A DNA stretch of 64,000 bases from NCBI GenBank assembly GCA_965287045.1, contig OZ336885.1:61070001-61134000 (forward strand). The letters run 5' to 3'. Positions within the stretch are counted from its first letter, which is position 1. Each line of letters opens with the position of its first letter. Below are positions 13,331 through 26,894 of this stretch, in pieces. The position numbers and the translations under genes are program-made. The notes below the pieces were generated by a model. That model worked only from the letters and a program-made list of their open reading frames with translations, had not been told where the DNA came from and made no database searches. This DNA is from Carcharhinus amblyrhynchos (Eukaryota).

Positions 13331-13963
13331 GTCCATATATCTTGTCAAGGCAACGTTCAGGTAGATCATCTGAGAGTCCATTGTATGATGATTTGAATGT
13401 TTCGAGGAACATCGAAAGAACAGATGATTAGTACAAAGCCCTGTTGCTCGCCTGGAGAATCGAAGCAGACAGATAAACCCAAATGGCTTCCACCTGCACA
13501 GGAATATTACTGTGATTGCAAGGGCTTCTGTGATTTGAAAGGTGCTGCAACTGAAAATGACACTGAAAATAATACAGTTAAAGTAATGTGGCGAGGCTTG
13601 GTCACATTACGTAAGCAGAGCTACACTTGCACTGAATAAGATTGTCCGAGTTTGGCTGCGCTGATTGTAATGGACTTGTCGGACAAGGATTATGCACTTT
13701 GGCAACTTTGCCACCATGAAATTGGAAGAATCAATGTTCACCTTATTTCATCGTGCAAGGTTCTTGAGCTGCTTGATATGAAAGAGTCAGAATGGATCAT
13801 GCCATCCGTTTCTGAATGTAAATCTGGCAGCGAACAACTTAAAACAAACAGATCTTCTTTTAAAGGTTGAAGATTAAGATTAGTTGGGATGAGCGTGGAA
13901 ATTGCCTTCTGCAGCGACAAATATAGGCTGTATCTTCATCTTATTTATACAGATATGGAGAAG

Positions 13964-13969
13964 TTTATT
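13964..13969 (-). promoter_or_regulatory. Candidate polyadenylation signal of the B30.2 gene
   Basis: AATAAA on the minus strand about 230 nt past the B30.2 stop codon. Confidence 0.4.
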
Positions 13970-14199
13970 TGACAAACATGTTAACATTTATGTGGGGGAG
14001 CTGTCCTTTTTTTGTGGGCGGAGACGAAATTGTAGTTACGTCTACACAGATGGTAAGTCTACACTCTAATTCCCAGTGAGTGGTAGTGTCGATGGCCACT
14101 AATCCATAACTCAAATTTTCTTCACGTTGTTTGCATTAGCTTATTCCCAGAATAAAGGTATTTGATGTGATTTTGTGCTGTGAACTGACTTACTTCGAT

Positions 14200-14720
14200 C
14201 TACTCTAAGTCTAGAGAGCTATTACCTCCACTGCTGACCCAGAGTGTGAAGACAGGATAAACAGGCCCGGTGAACTTGACATTGAAAGTGTGGATATGGG
14301 TTCCCAGGTTGGGGTTATAGAAACTGACTAGCCCTCCATTATAGTCCAAATAAACACCAAGCATTCTTTGCTGAGCCAGAAACACGTTGTGACCAAATGA
14401 CCTGAAATGTTTTGTATCACCGTTAACATTCCAAATTAACACTGTCCAAAAACCATTCTTGGGTGAATGTCTCCGCCACCTGGTTACTGCCAGACGTCTC
14501 TGAGACACTCCCACTCTCCACACCGTCCCTGCACTCGTTGACACCTGCCAGTAATACTTTCCATTTGTGAGTGCATCTTTGCTCCAGACGGTCCAGCTGT
14601 CTGAATGTTTCAACTTCTTCTCGCCTCTCGGCAGACGCCTGGCATTCAAAATGCTGATCTTTCCTTCCTTCGATAGAATAAAGCGTGGATCAGATGTCTC
14701 CGGATCTAGGGTGAACCTGA
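14200..14720 (-). CDS. Terminal exon: B30.2 / PRY-SPRY domain
   Basis: Acceptor ttgttcttgtttcaacaacag, phase 1, open to TAG: (V)RFTLDPETS...GKYYWQV...WRVGV...GFWTV...LGVYLDYNGGLVSFYN...HIHTF..KFTGPVYPVF. Contains the LDP, YWxV and LDY motifs. Confidence 0.95.
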
Positions 14721-16737
14721 CTGTTGTTGAAACAAGAACAAGGGAAAAATCAAATAAGCATGCTTGTAACATTACATACTATTAAATAATCCGGGCAGTG
14801 TTATGTTAAGCATAATTTCATTCAGAATGCCTTATTTCTAAAATTAGGTGTTTAGATGTTGTGGAAAGGAGAAAACATTTATGCCAGTTAGTAACAAAAA
14901 AAATTGAAGGAACGTTCAATGAAAATATTTGGTAGACTTCTGACGAGAACTATGTAAGAAAACCAGACGCAAGGCGAGGACGGGCCAGCATATTTACTAA
15001 GGGTTTAGACAAAATACATAAGGCGCTGACAGCACTACCAGTAAAGACTTAACTGCTTCTTGAAATGAAGTTAATAAATTAATGAGAGCAATGATTTACA
15101 TATGTACAAAATCAGTAAGAGAATCAAACAGGTAATTATGATTTTAACTATTAATGATCTCAAAATGTGTATTAAGAATGTTATGCATACATTCTCACTT
15201 CAGCAAAAAAAAACAGATTGCCTTAAGGAATGATGGCCAATGTGAAGATTTCAGGATCACAGGTCTGGAAACCCTCACAGTTAGCAGAATTGACATCAGG
15301 GAGTTTCTGGGGAGGGAAAGTCTTTTGCAACTTTATGAATAGGAATACATATTACCCAGGCATTGAAAATATATGTAACTGAGCGCAGGATCATATGTTT
15401 ATTCAACTTGGCAGTCTGCTGGTGAGATGGTCGTTTTGACTTCTATGATGAGCCCCTGTAGTTACTTACCCAACTAAAGTGAGTTCAGCCAAGTTGAGAG
15501 TTAGTGTCAGGACTGAATTTCCACATGTGATATGGTTATGTTAAATGACAAAATATGACAAGGATGTTTATTGCTATACATGCATTGAATACAATTGATT
15601 TCAAACTCATATAAGGCGGGAATGATCGTTAAGAAAATCGAAAATTGTCTGTATTTGATTGTATGCATTCGATTCATTGGAAAGCTGTGTCGCTCTACTC
15701 TGCAGCTACCTAGCGCTCTTGGTGATCTCAAAGGACCAACTTGTGGTGTTTTCCTTTCAAATAAATATATATTTATATCTTCAATAAATATGCTGTCCTC
15801 GTAAGTTTTGCATTTGATGTCTGTTTTTGAATCTTCAAACATAATTAGCCAACTCAAGTTTCCCCACGGAAAGCACTATCGACAATGGAGAAGAAAACAC
15901 GTAGAGAAACAATGGAAGAACTTTGCGTTTAGGAATTCTATGATGCGATGCATGGCCTGATTTTATTTTGTCTATGTTTCATGAAAAATGTTAAGGAGAG
16001 ATTTAAAGATAAGTTTAGTGGGAACAATATCTTTGGTTTAGGAGCCTGATAACAATTTATATTCGAAGGTACCTGTTTAGCAATGTATATTGGTAGAGAT
16101 AAATAGAGTATAATACATTTGTATGAATTTACTATTTTACGACCACAAAGGGCATGCATGAAGCCGCACCGTGTTAACAGGGACTCGGGATAGGAAAACA
16201 ACACAAGATATATGCTATATTTTAGCCACGTTTCAGAACACCATGAGCTGGCTTGAGCATAAGTTTGTGTACTGTGACTGGTACCAGTCTAGGATCTGAG
16301 GTCTCGGATGAAAATCAGACACCGAGGGTTAGGGAGGGCAGTCATGGACGGTGATACGGAGACCCACTGGGCCAGGGGTATTGTATACTCAAAGACTCCA
16401 GATGAGAGAAAGAAAGATATTCTTGATGAAGTACAACGAGTGATGCCCATGAGACCACGAACTGATCATGCACAAGCCCACATTACGTAATGCGTTTTTC
16501 ATTGGATATGTGACTACTATATGTGATCTGTAATCAATATTATTGGACAAGGTTCAGCCGAGGGGGGCTGTGTAGATGTTTAAAAAATGGGTAAGAATTG
16601 ATGTTTTACCTTGTGCGTTGGAGAGAGGCACTGGATTTAACAGAAGCCATTTCCCGCCGGCAAAAAAAAATAGTTTGATGCGGGCACCGACCCTGAGCGT
16701 TGAGTGATTTTTGTGAAGCTTTCTGCCGCTAACAGTT

Positions 16738-16755
16738 TGGTGCCTTGGCTCGGAT
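16738..16755 (+). promoter_or_regulatory. Primer binding site, probably tRNA-His
   Basis: TGGTGCCTTGGCTCGGAT, two mismatches to TGGTGCCGTGACTCGGAT, 3 nt after the LTR-terminal CA. Confidence 0.7.
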
Positions 16756-17384
16756 TCCTCAGTCGACTGATACCATCAAAGAACGGGTGAGTATATTTAC
16801 TGATTATAAGTACAGGCTTTTCCCGGGATGTAGGTGATGTTCGGCGACTGTATTCCGAACTTGTGAACAGCGTGTGGCCAGCAGTCAAAACGGCGGTGGA
16901 TAGTTCGTTAAGTGATGTCGGCCTTTTCCGGTATTGTTTACTGTATTAGAATAAGCAACTGACTTGGGAATGACAGTCAGCCAAGAGACGTTCCCAATAC
17001 AAGTAGCGCGGGCGTAAGCGAGGACCTCTGAAAATGGATTTCCAACCTTTCTCATCCCAGCCAATCATGACAAGGAGAGAATGGGAGCTCGAATGGGGGA
17101 AAACAAGCCTCCTTGACTAGTAGAGAAAAATAAGAAAATTATTGACAAAATGATCAAACCAGTTGGAAGGCCCACGACCCCCAGCTCCTCGCCCCCCCAC
17201 TCCAGAAAACCAAAGACAGTGGTAGAACACTGAAAAGAAAGGAGAAGGTTGAAATAAAAACATTAGCTTTAATGCTTCGCACCCATGCAGTCCTGACAGA
17301 AAATGTAAATGCCAACAGTAGAAGACAACGGCTGTCAGTTAATGCAGGGCAGGCAGTGTTGTCAGCACTCACGGATCAAATCCC

Positions 17385-17635
17385 GAGATCTCCTTGTGCT
17401 CTGGTTTCCTCCCACACCCCAAAGATGGGCTATTAGTCTGATTGGAGGTAATAAATTGTCCCTAAATTAGTTTCCCTCAATGTGGAATGCCATAAACAAT
17501 AGACAAGTGTCATGGGTGGAGGCGGGGGTGGGGGGGGGGGGGGCGGAGGGGGCGCGGGGGGAAATGGCGGCTCGGGCTCGTTGGGTCGAAGGGCCTGTCT
17601 CCTGGGCTGCTTTTCTTCTTTCTTCTTTGTTCTAT
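17385..17635 (+). mobile_element. SINE 3' fragment with G-rich tract
   Basis: GTGCTCTGGTTTCCTCCCACACCCCAAAGATG core and GGGTCGAAGGGCCTGT tail, like the other SINEs in the window. Confidence 0.6.
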
Positions 17636-19238
17636 ACTGAGGATGTAAATTGAACAACCAGGACGTTAGAGATGCTCAATCGAGGTTTAGGGAGGGACAG
17701 GAACGCCCTGCCACTTTATGACCCGGAGAGTCAGGCTTAGGCAACCACTGTAAAGATTGATTACATCCCAGCGATTCTTGCAGAACAGGGAATACGGGGA
17801 ATAGCACCTGGGGTTCTCACATGACAACCTCAGTTGAGGATGACATATGCCTCTCTGTCCCTTGGGTAGACTATGGCATTACGAGACAAATTACGTTTCT
17901 TGAAGCCCCGCTGCAGTAACGCAGTTATCTGGTAGAAATTCAGGACTGCCACCACCTCCACAATGGGGATGTTGCGGGGCTAGATAGAACAACAATCCCT
18001 GAAAGATATTGGTTGCGATTGCAATCTGCCCACTGAGGCGGAAATTGATGTGTAAACTTGGCCACAAACATTCAACAGCAGGCACAACACTTCCTGGCTT
18101 TTAAGGCCGACGTAACTGATGCCCTAGGTTAGATAACGTAAATTGGAATGCCATCGTACGGGTCACCCAGATCAAAAGAGAAGGAGCACAAAAATATGGA
18201 AATAGGAAGTTTGAAGCTTCCCGTGCAAAGAGCGGCACGCCTATGTGCACATTTTCCCCCAATTATATCGTGACGGACTGAGTCCTGCGCATCAGGAGAT
18301 ACTAAATACAGGGCTTGTATCTTTTAACAATTATGGTGATTTGGAAATTTGGGCAACGCTGTAGATAACCACCAGAAATCTGAGGTAACCGTCGTTGCCC
18401 CGATGAGTATTACAGGCACCAGCGCCATTGCGTCTACAAAGACGAAGATACTCGAATTGTGTTACATTAGTTGATCTGAAGCGCCATAGACAAAAGAGCG
18501 GAGTGAAGAGTTAAAATAAACAAGCAGGCACGAAGTCTCTGTGTATGACAGAGAGAGAAAGAGGATGTAATTGTGAGATATAAAACATCACTTGGTGGAA
18601 TAGGCTATAGCAGGTTGAAGTGGATTGCTTCTCAGTGTGCAAGTTTAACAAATTATTTCCCCCGTTTGAAATTTTACGATAATGCAATTGCGGTAGGGTC
18701 AGGCTACCTTAATCTTAGTGGCCATGGTCATTTTTAAGAATAGGAATCCGGCAGAGATTTGAGCTCTGCCATGTGGGAAAGGTGGTATTGCATTACATCT
18801 GAACAGCTGTAAGGAGATTTAATCATTTAGACACTTTACTGGCTTGAGTTTGTATCTGCCTGTGTTGATTACAGGGGCAGAGCTGTAGAAGTAATTAATC
18901 ATGCAAATTTTGAACTTTAACAGGAGAGATTGTAAGAAAGTGTAAAAACCTTAATTTAGTAGGGTTATTTAAAAGTGATAAAAATAAATCATGTGTTTGT
19001 ATCAGGCCTTTGTTAAGTTTGAAAATATATTCTTGGAAGGACTGACAGTAAAAGAAAAGATAAAAGGAAAACGTTATTCCGGAGTGTTTGAAATGATGAT
19101 GTCCATCTGGGTGAACTTACTCTGTCCCTGCTGAAACAAGCAGAGAATTAATCCATTCTGTCCCAGACAGGATGATCTTTGGGTTATAAGACTTGCAGTA
19201 ATTTTAAGGCATAAAATAAAAAAAAATCTACAAGAAAG

Positions 19239-19249
19239 AGTGTGTGTGT

Positions 19250-19280
<31 letters not shown>

Positions 19281-19330
19281 GGTGGGGGTGGGGCGGGGGG
19301 GGGGCGGGTAGAGGGGGAGGCGGTGGAGGG
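19239..19330 (+). repeat. (TG)n microsatellite followed by poly-G / G-rich tract
   Basis: Directly visible. Confidence 0.95.
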
Positions 19331-21443
19331 AACGTTTAATGGGGAGTTACATCTGGTAAAATGGGAGTTCGAGTTAATTGATGGGAATTAATATACTGCC
19401 ATAATGCATTCTAATTGAGATATGTGTATGGGTATGCAAACTAATGAATTACCCACACAACTGGCACAGTAGTTCTGAACACAAAGTGCGCCCTATTGAA
19501 AATATTGAATATGGGAAAGTTGAAAACTGTATTAGATGCCAGGCGGACTAAAAGGGGAGCCTGCCTATATCACAAATTGACAGATTAATATAAATATAGA
19601 CGAGGGAAATATTCAATGGAATAAATGAGAAAAAAATGATCAGGGTAATAAAAAATATGTTACAGCGGAGCTGATAATAAACAGCAGAAGGCAGAATCAA
19701 AGTGGGATTAATTTAATACAATTTAAGAGACATTTAAAGGGTTTTTCTGGGAAGTAGAATGTACTTCAGGTGATAGCTATGGATGAAGGATAACATTTGT
19801 CTAAAAAGAAAGAAGGGATTAGACAGTCACTAATGGGCAGTCGAAAGCTCACAACATTGTTTTCTGAGTTTGTTATGATTCTGACATATGAAGTGCTATA
19901 TGTAAGTTACCTGAATAAAATGGCGTTATTTACGATAACAGCAGACAATCAAAAACATTTGTTTGGGATCAAATTGAACAATTTGATACCCGTTTCAAAT
20001 ATGTTACCAGGTTTTAGAATTTGGAAGAAATGATTGCACAGGACAGGAGGAAGGTGATTTATGTACGAAGGCTTTTCACCAGAAAAGGGGAAAGATAAGT
20101 ATTGAAGACAATTTAGCTATTATATGAAGATGGAGGCAGATTATGCTCAAGTGGTCAAGCCCTTATAGGACTTAATAAGGGGAAGAAGAGCTAGTCAGGA
20201 AAAAAATAGAGAGCGGAAATGCAGAAGGCTCGTTTCAAATTTGAAGCTGATTTTGTGAGACCACCAGCTTTGGGATTGCCTGAATTATACCGTAAAACGG
20301 TTTCAATCGGACTGAACGGAGGAAAGAAAACATAAGAACATCGCCAAACCGTTCCACATTTTCTGTGAGGAAAGTGATGGAATTCAGGCAGCTGTAGTTG
20401 AGCAGCAGCACAGACAGAAAATTCATGAGCATGACCTCTGAACAAGTAAGCTTTCAACCAATTGGATTGGAATCTACGACATAATTATGATCAGTGGCTC
20501 TTGTTTTTTTTATTGATATGACAACTGAAGAGTTATAATACAAACGTATTGGCTGAGCCCACCATGGTCCGATTGTGGGAAACCGTCTGGCATGCTGAAC
20601 GTTACCCAGCGTGGGTTAGCGCTCAACACATTCGAGATAGGTGTTCGCATTTACCTTTCTTTTAAATGGGGTGTAAACTATTTTTAAATGGGCAATATGG
20701 TGAACTCGACCAAGGCACCGGGGGAAAAAAAAATATTGATGAGTTAACATGAGCCGTGTCCATGAGACCACGAACTGTTCATACACAAGCCTACCATACA
20801 TAATGCGTTTTTCATTGGATATGTGACTACTGTATATAATCTGTAATCAATATTATTGGACAAGATCCAGCGTGATCTGCTGTATAGATGTTTTGAACAT
20901 GTATCAGAACGGATGCTTTCCTTTTGTTCGTCGGAGAGAGGCACTGCGTTTAAACCATCTCCCCGCCGACGGAAACAGTCGATGTGAGGACCAACCCTGA
21001 GCGTTGAATGATTTATTTGAAACTCTTTTCTGCTAACAAAATGTATTGACGGTCACATCAATATTGATAAGCAATGACGTGGCAATGATATCTGAGCAGA
21101 CTCCACAAACTGTACTTCATCACTCCTCTGAAAAAAAGGGGTTTACTAAGGTATCAGTTCATTCTCATTTCCGAAACATGGTGAATGTTGAGACGAAGTA
21201 ATTAAAAAGGAAACAGACCTGTAATTGTACCATTGTAAACAATTGAATATGAATTTCATAAAGCAAAAACTGTGGAGGAAGTAACACAGTGTGACAGGGA
21301 ATCAGATTACGTGCCATTTTGTCAGGAAAATTTAGAGTTAGAGCAGTTGCAAGACTAGATCATCGAATGGAAAGTTCTCTGCGTGAGTTCAAATGAGATG
21401 AGTCCAAAATATATGTACCGTAACTGAAATACATACGCCTTAC

Positions 21444-21470
21444 CTTTATGACTAATGATTTTCTCAAAAT
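21444..21470 (-). CDS. 27-nt phase-1 micro-exon preceding B30.2 ((D)FEKIISHK)
   Basis: tgctgtttag|ATTTTGAGAAAATCATTAGTCATAAAG|gtaagg; splices in frame to VRFTLDP. Confidence 0.85.
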
Positions 21471-21739
21471 CTAAACAGCAATAATTGAAACAGAGAAAGG
21501 AATACTGAACCTTCAATGAATAACTTCATGTTAAACAGCACTAGCAGTGGCAGAAATCAAACACACTTTTATAAGCCGGGAGTTGAATGGGCTGCGTTCA
21601 CTTCTCGACAACGAAGTTTGCAAGGCTGAACTCAGCAGAATTCTGAGAAAACTTCTTTAACATCACTTCTGAGCAAGCACTGGGATTAACATTCGAATGT
21701 AAAAATAAGGTAACATTTTCCCTGTCTTGTGTTGTTCTC

Positions 21740-22070
21740 TGTTAATCTTGCTCTCTCTTTCTTTCTCCTCGCTCTCTTTCGCTCTGCCAATTTATTTGTG
21801 TCTCTCTGCTTCTGTATCCCTTTCTCTCTCTTTCCCTTTCACTTCAACTATCTGTCTATCTATCCATCTATCTGTCTATCTATCTATTTTTTTTCTCTTT
21901 CTCTCTCGCTGTTTCTTTGATTCTTTTCTGCCACTCTCCCTCTCTCAGTTTCTCTCACTTTCTCTCTCTCTCGTTTTTATCCTTCACCCTTCTTCTCTGT
22001 TTCGCTCTGTTCTTCTCGCTCCCTTGTCTCTTACTTTCTCGTTCCCACCCCCTCTCTCTCCTCTTCCCTA
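21740..22070 (+). repeat. CT-rich low-complexity tract with (TATC)n
   Basis: Long pyrimidine tract of TC and TATC units. Confidence 0.9.
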
Positions 22071-23136
22071 GTGGAAAGTGAACGGTTCCCTGAGGGAGAG
22101 TGAAAATTTATTCTCCATATCCAGTCCGTAAGTGGAAATATTATTTAATTATAATTGTGATACAAAGCAAATTATCTCATACTTGTTGCGATGGAAACAT
22201 ATGGGCGAATTATCTGAAGTGCTAAAGTTGTAAGGACGCCTTCATATCTTCACATCAGGCACGAAAATAACAAAATCCAAATCCTCAGCTATGCAAGGGC
22301 AGAATTTCCTCTTTCATGTTTGTGCGCTTGCTGTCCTGCAATCTGCTTATGCATAGAGTTCTACATATGAGTGATAAATAATACGTTGCCTGGCTGTTAG
22401 TAGATGTTAACAGGCAGCAACCACCCTACCCAACTCAGAGGTCTTCCCGCACATATGCTTTATCTTTAAGTGAAGCATAGAGAAATGGGCGGCTTGTATA
22501 GTTGATACGGCCTGCGATAAATTGCATTGAACTTTACCGAGGCACAGCAGGTAATTACATTAGGTGAAAGGATCTTACTGCTCATTGGTAAAAAATCAGT
22601 GCTATGCAAGCAATATTGAAGGCAGATCAGAATAAATTGTTGTTGTTTATTTGGGAACGGTTTTTATCCAGTAGTCAACTCCACTAACAAGTTAATTATT
22701 TGGTTACTTGGGCATTGACGCATATGACAACTTGCTTACACTCAATGTTTCAATACTGGCGATAATTTGGGAAACATGGCCGGTCAACCACTTGGAATAT
22801 TGGACAGTTCTGAAACTAACTACGCAACGCAAGGTCTTTGTATCGGTTTGATCAGAGCAATTCAATAAATACATCACATGGCCAGATGTTCACACTTGGG
22901 TGATAAGTATAAATGTGCGTAGCTTTGGATCAAAATTTACCTTAATAAAAATAGTGTAATTTGTACGTATCGTCGTTTAGAAGGCTGAATATAGTCGTAA
23001 AATGCCTACTGACATATTTCACTTTTCGTGAGTTATCCGTACTCTAACTGGACAAGACTTTGAAAAATGAAGAAACACCTTCGTTTGCAAAAACAGAGAA
23101 AAAAATCTATCCCAATAGACCTTTCACTATCCAGAA

Positions 23137-23400
23137 AGTGGTTAGCACTGCTGTCGCACAGCGCCAGGGACCGTGGTTTGATTCCAAGCTTGGGTCATTG
23201 TCAGTGTGGAGTTTGCATATTCTTCTCGTGCCTGCGTGGATTTCCTCCTGGCCCTCCGCATTCTTCTCACATTCAGTAATGTGCAGGTTTGGTGAATTGG
23301 CCAATGTGAAATTTCTCTAAGCATACCCGAGCAGGAGAGTGGCAACGAGGGGATTTTGTTACACTTGCTTCAATGCTGTGTTAATATCAGACTAATTGTG
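23137..23400 (+). mobile_element. tRNA-derived SINE
   Basis: AGTGGTTAGCACTGCTGTCGCACAGCGCCAGGGACC...GTGTGGAGTTTGCATATTCT core. Confidence 0.85.
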
Positions 23401-23559
23401 ACAAAAAATCTTTAATATTGCATCAGTGAACGCGCCCTAAATTTACTCTCTAAGTTTAGTCGCCAAAGGGACACGAAATACTCGTTACCATCAGGACAAA
23501 AATTCTCGTTTGTTCCACAGGCCATCCAGCAACGTCACACTTGTCTCCCTGTAGCAGCA

Positions 23560-24600
23560 GCGGCGTTTGACGACAGAAACTATACTCTCACATGTCACTG
23601 GCATTTGTCGCCACACCTCGCCCATAAATTTTCAACACGAGTTTATGAAACGGGGGGAGATCATCACGAGTCTGTAGCACAGAAAACCATCCTTAGTTTC
23701 CTCCTACTATCCGAGTTGGTTTCATGTGAATTGCCAATTATTGTTTGGCCAAACATACCGAGTCCCGTCCCCAACATCGTTTTCATTGAGGTAGATATCG
23801 AAATTAGGCAACCGATCATTTGCCTAGTTTGTAACACACCAAGTGACCTTCCGGTTCTCAGATCCTTGCAGAGTTCCTTGTGCACCTATGACTGTGTGGC
23901 CAAATTCCCCAAACTCGAATTTCACATTTGCTGTTGACTTCACGGTAGTGAGTCGATCTTACAGAATTGCAAACCGGAGTACATGGAAGATGTAGAGGAT
24001 CTACTGAACTGATGCGACGAAACCAAACTCTCCCTCAATGTGAACAAAACGAAGGAGATATTAATCAACTTCAAACAGCGAAATGAACGATGTGCTCCAG
24101 TCTACATCAACAGGGAAGAGGTGGAAATGTCCAGAAGTTTAAGTTTTTATTTGGCCAGATCACCAAACAACCTGTCCTGGTCCCTTTATGGCAAAGTTGT
24201 AGTTAAGAAAGCGCACCAACCTTTCTACATCTACATGAGGGGAAGCAAATTTGGCACATCCGCGAAGACTCACACCACCATTCACAGATAAACACAGGAA
24301 TATTTTGTCATCTTGTGGTCCCACAGTTTGGCTCCTGGTCTGCCCAAGATGGCATAAAACTACAAAGGGTCGTTAATGAAGCCCAGTCGATCATTCAAAC
24401 GAAGCTCCAGTCCATTAACTTCGTCTGTACTTCCCGCTGCCTCGGAAAAAAACAACTAGCATAATCAAGGAGCCCATGCACCCCAAACATACTCTCTCCC
24501 ACGCTCTTCCGCCAGAAAAAAAATACAAAAGTTTGAGGACGCATACTATCAGACTCAAGAATAGCTTCTTCCGTGCTGCCATCAGACATATAGTGTCGTA
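23560..24600 (+). mobile_element. Degenerate Rex1/Babar-type LINE RT 3' part
   Basis: LCTYDCVAK, LSLNVNKTKEILINFK...PVYINREEVE...NNLSWS...KKAHQ, HPKHTLSHALPPEKKYKSLRTHTIRLKNSFF. Confidence 0.8.
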
Positions 24601-25374
24601 TTTGTTGACCTTTCTCGAGAGTCTAATTGTGGCCGTAACATTACATTCTGAACTTCCTCCTTTCCATCTCTATGCATGTTGCGCTGCGTTTCTATACTGA
24701 GGAAGAAACACTAATTTCCACTTTATACTAAAATATGCAAATCAAATCAAGTCATATTGTGTACCAGCCTTCAAACGTGTTTGTGCTAGATGCTGTAACC
24801 GATCGTCTAATTATCTCTCAAATCGGATGATTGTTTCTGCCTCCCCAACTTCCCGGAAGTATGTCCAATATTCCCACTGCCCTCTCTATGAAAAATGTTT
24901 TCCTCAGCTTCAAAAGACTTCCATCCCCTAGTGATGCTCCCTTGTCAGATATTTTTCCGATGCTCGACGAAGGGGAAATGTTCCTTCCTACATACCCTCT
25001 CTGTTTCATTCATAACTGTACGCTGAATATTGTAATTATTAATTGTGGATTAAATAATTATCTTTACGTAGCAGTTCCTGATATATATTTAGTTTAAATT
25101 TCAAATAGTTAATCATTTGGAATTTCAATTAATTTGACCAGTAACAATTGATTCCATCCAATCGCTTGTGACGTATTGCATCTCATTTCTAACACAATAA
25201 TGCAATTATTCATTATGTCAATACATATGATATGCTACTGTTACATTTTATATGATTACTTATTTCTTATTCAATTGAAAAACAAATATAAATATATGTT
25301 GTAAAATTAATATATAAATTTCTCCCAGTTCTCTTTACAGTAGAACATAGTATGTTGGTCTTCCCTTCACATAC

Positions 25375-25410
25375 CTGTATCTTTGCCCACTTTCATCAAA
25401 TTCTGCGTTT
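25375..25410 (-). CDS. 36-nt phase-1 micro-exon ((E)TQNLMKVGKDT)
   Basis: gtctcttatttcag|AAACGCAG...GATACAG|gtatgt. Confidence 0.8.
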
Positions 25411-25553
25411 CTGAAATAAGAGACACATTTTTTGTTGTCACAGGACACATATCAACGAGCATGTAAATTCTCTGTCGTTCTCTGTTTTCCAAATTATGTG
25501 GTGGTAAATGATTCTGGAATACTACGTAATGCATCTGCAATCATCAACTTTAC

Positions 25554-25580
25554 CCAAATCCTTTGCTTCCGAATCTTTTC
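25554..25580 (-). CDS. 27-nt phase-1 micro-exon ((G)KDSEAKDL)
   Basis: tttcatatttcag|GAAAAGATTCGGAAGCAAAGGATTTGG|gtaaag. Confidence 0.75.
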
Positions 25581-25836
25581 CTGAAATATGAAACAAAATA
25601 TCCACTGAAAGACATGACAATTATCCATGCTTTATGACATCATTTCCCTGAAGTGCATGGAAGACAGGTATTATTGTAAAGGGGAAATGTCTTCTTATGG
25701 AGATACGCCCACGCACAAAATGTCTCCATCTCACTCGCCCTCAGTTTTTTGAAACTTTCCTGCCTTTTGTATGCGGACATTCTTTAAAAACATAAAATGT
25801 CACTTGCTCGACGTCCGCTGGAATAACTGAAATATA

Positions 25837-25905
25837 CGGGGCGGGGGGGGGGGGGGGGGGGGGGGGGTAGGGGCGGGGCGGTTGGGCGCAGGTGGGATGG
25901 AGGGG
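25837..25905 (+). repeat. Poly-G / G-rich tract
   Basis: Run of more than 20 G plus GGGGC units. Confidence 0.9.
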
Positions 25906-26894
25906 ATGATTCTTCTCGCCCGCTGCGCTGCGCTCAGCCGATCACCAGCCTCTCAGAACTTTTTCTCTAACGTAATCATACTCCCGCTGGAAATCACTGC
26001 AAGGCAGATTACCACATCGAATTCCACATGTCCACGTGAGTAGTGGTAGAAGAACGTTACTTTCTCCCTACTGCCAACCGACGCCCCCGCCCCCATTCCC
26101 ACCCCACAGCCCGCGCGTCAGGCGGCGATGTTCGATATTAAAGAGTTCCAGGCTTGAACACTCCAGAGCTTGGGACAAAATCCGTTAAGCCACCCCCGCC
26201 CCCTCCCCCACCCCCAGCCCAATCAGTCCAATTGATTGACTGATTGACCGATCTGTGTATGCGCAGTTGGCAGCTCAGTCCACCCATACCGCCTCTCCAT
26301 GGAAATCAGACAACCCCCTACAACCCGCTCCTCGCTTATAGGCATCTGGAGCAGAGAGTGCCGGATATTCGTTGAACTAAATATGCCTAAAAACATTGGG
26401 AGCTTCGTTATATGTTTCAGGGCGATGGTTAATTCTTGTCCAGAGCTTATCGCTGTTGTCACAAGGGATGACCTTCCAATTGTAATTCGGCTGCTGGCAA
26501 AACACTAATGTTCATCGTGACTGAAGTTCATCGTCTCATATAATTTAGATATAAATGCACGCGGGGGAGGACGTTTAATGTTCTTCCACTATCTGCATCA
26601 TTCATATGAAATGTACACGAAATTGTATCGAAGCACCTCTGAATGCAACACCCACTATGTCAACAACTGAAATAGCCTTACAAATTATGGAATGACCATT
26701 TCTAAAAATCTGTGATGTTCATGTGGTTACATTAAAGCAGCTGGGGACCATAATAATCTATATAAATACATAATACGTGATAACACAAACAAAATTAACA
26801 TAGTATAATGTCATTTAAACTGTTTGTAATATAATGTCAGATACTTTAAGAATGAAGTCTTTTTTGCAAAAAGAAGTATTTTATTATGTACAAT

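Larger units (their letters stand above)
16410..21038 (+). mobile_element. Old LTR retroelement/ERV with tRNA-His-like PBS, in the last intron of the B30.2 gene (antisense)
   Basis: Direct repeats at about 16410-16734 and 20725-21038 (shared CCATGAGACCACGAACTG...TAATGCGTTTTTCATTGGATATGTGACTACT...GCTAACA). PBS follows the first copy. RT-connection remnant PPALGLPELYRK near 20260. LTR 5' starts are uncertain. Confidence 0.8.

Noticed and set aside
14721-14772. ORF-track N-terminus MLQACLFDFSLVLVSTT as a signal peptide for B30.2
   Set aside because: It is the translated polypyrimidine tract and acceptor of the intron.
15470-15512. 43-nt AG/GT-bounded segment in the last intron
   Set aside because: Not symmetric, weak acceptor, not coiled-coil-like.
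19121-19130. 10-nt segment between a good acceptor and gtaagt on the minus strand
   Set aside because: Frame-breaking and lies inside the ERV; the flanking exons already join in frame.
21727-22071. Hydrophobic L/S/F-rich ORFs resembling membrane proteins
   Set aside because: Translation of CT low-complexity DNA.
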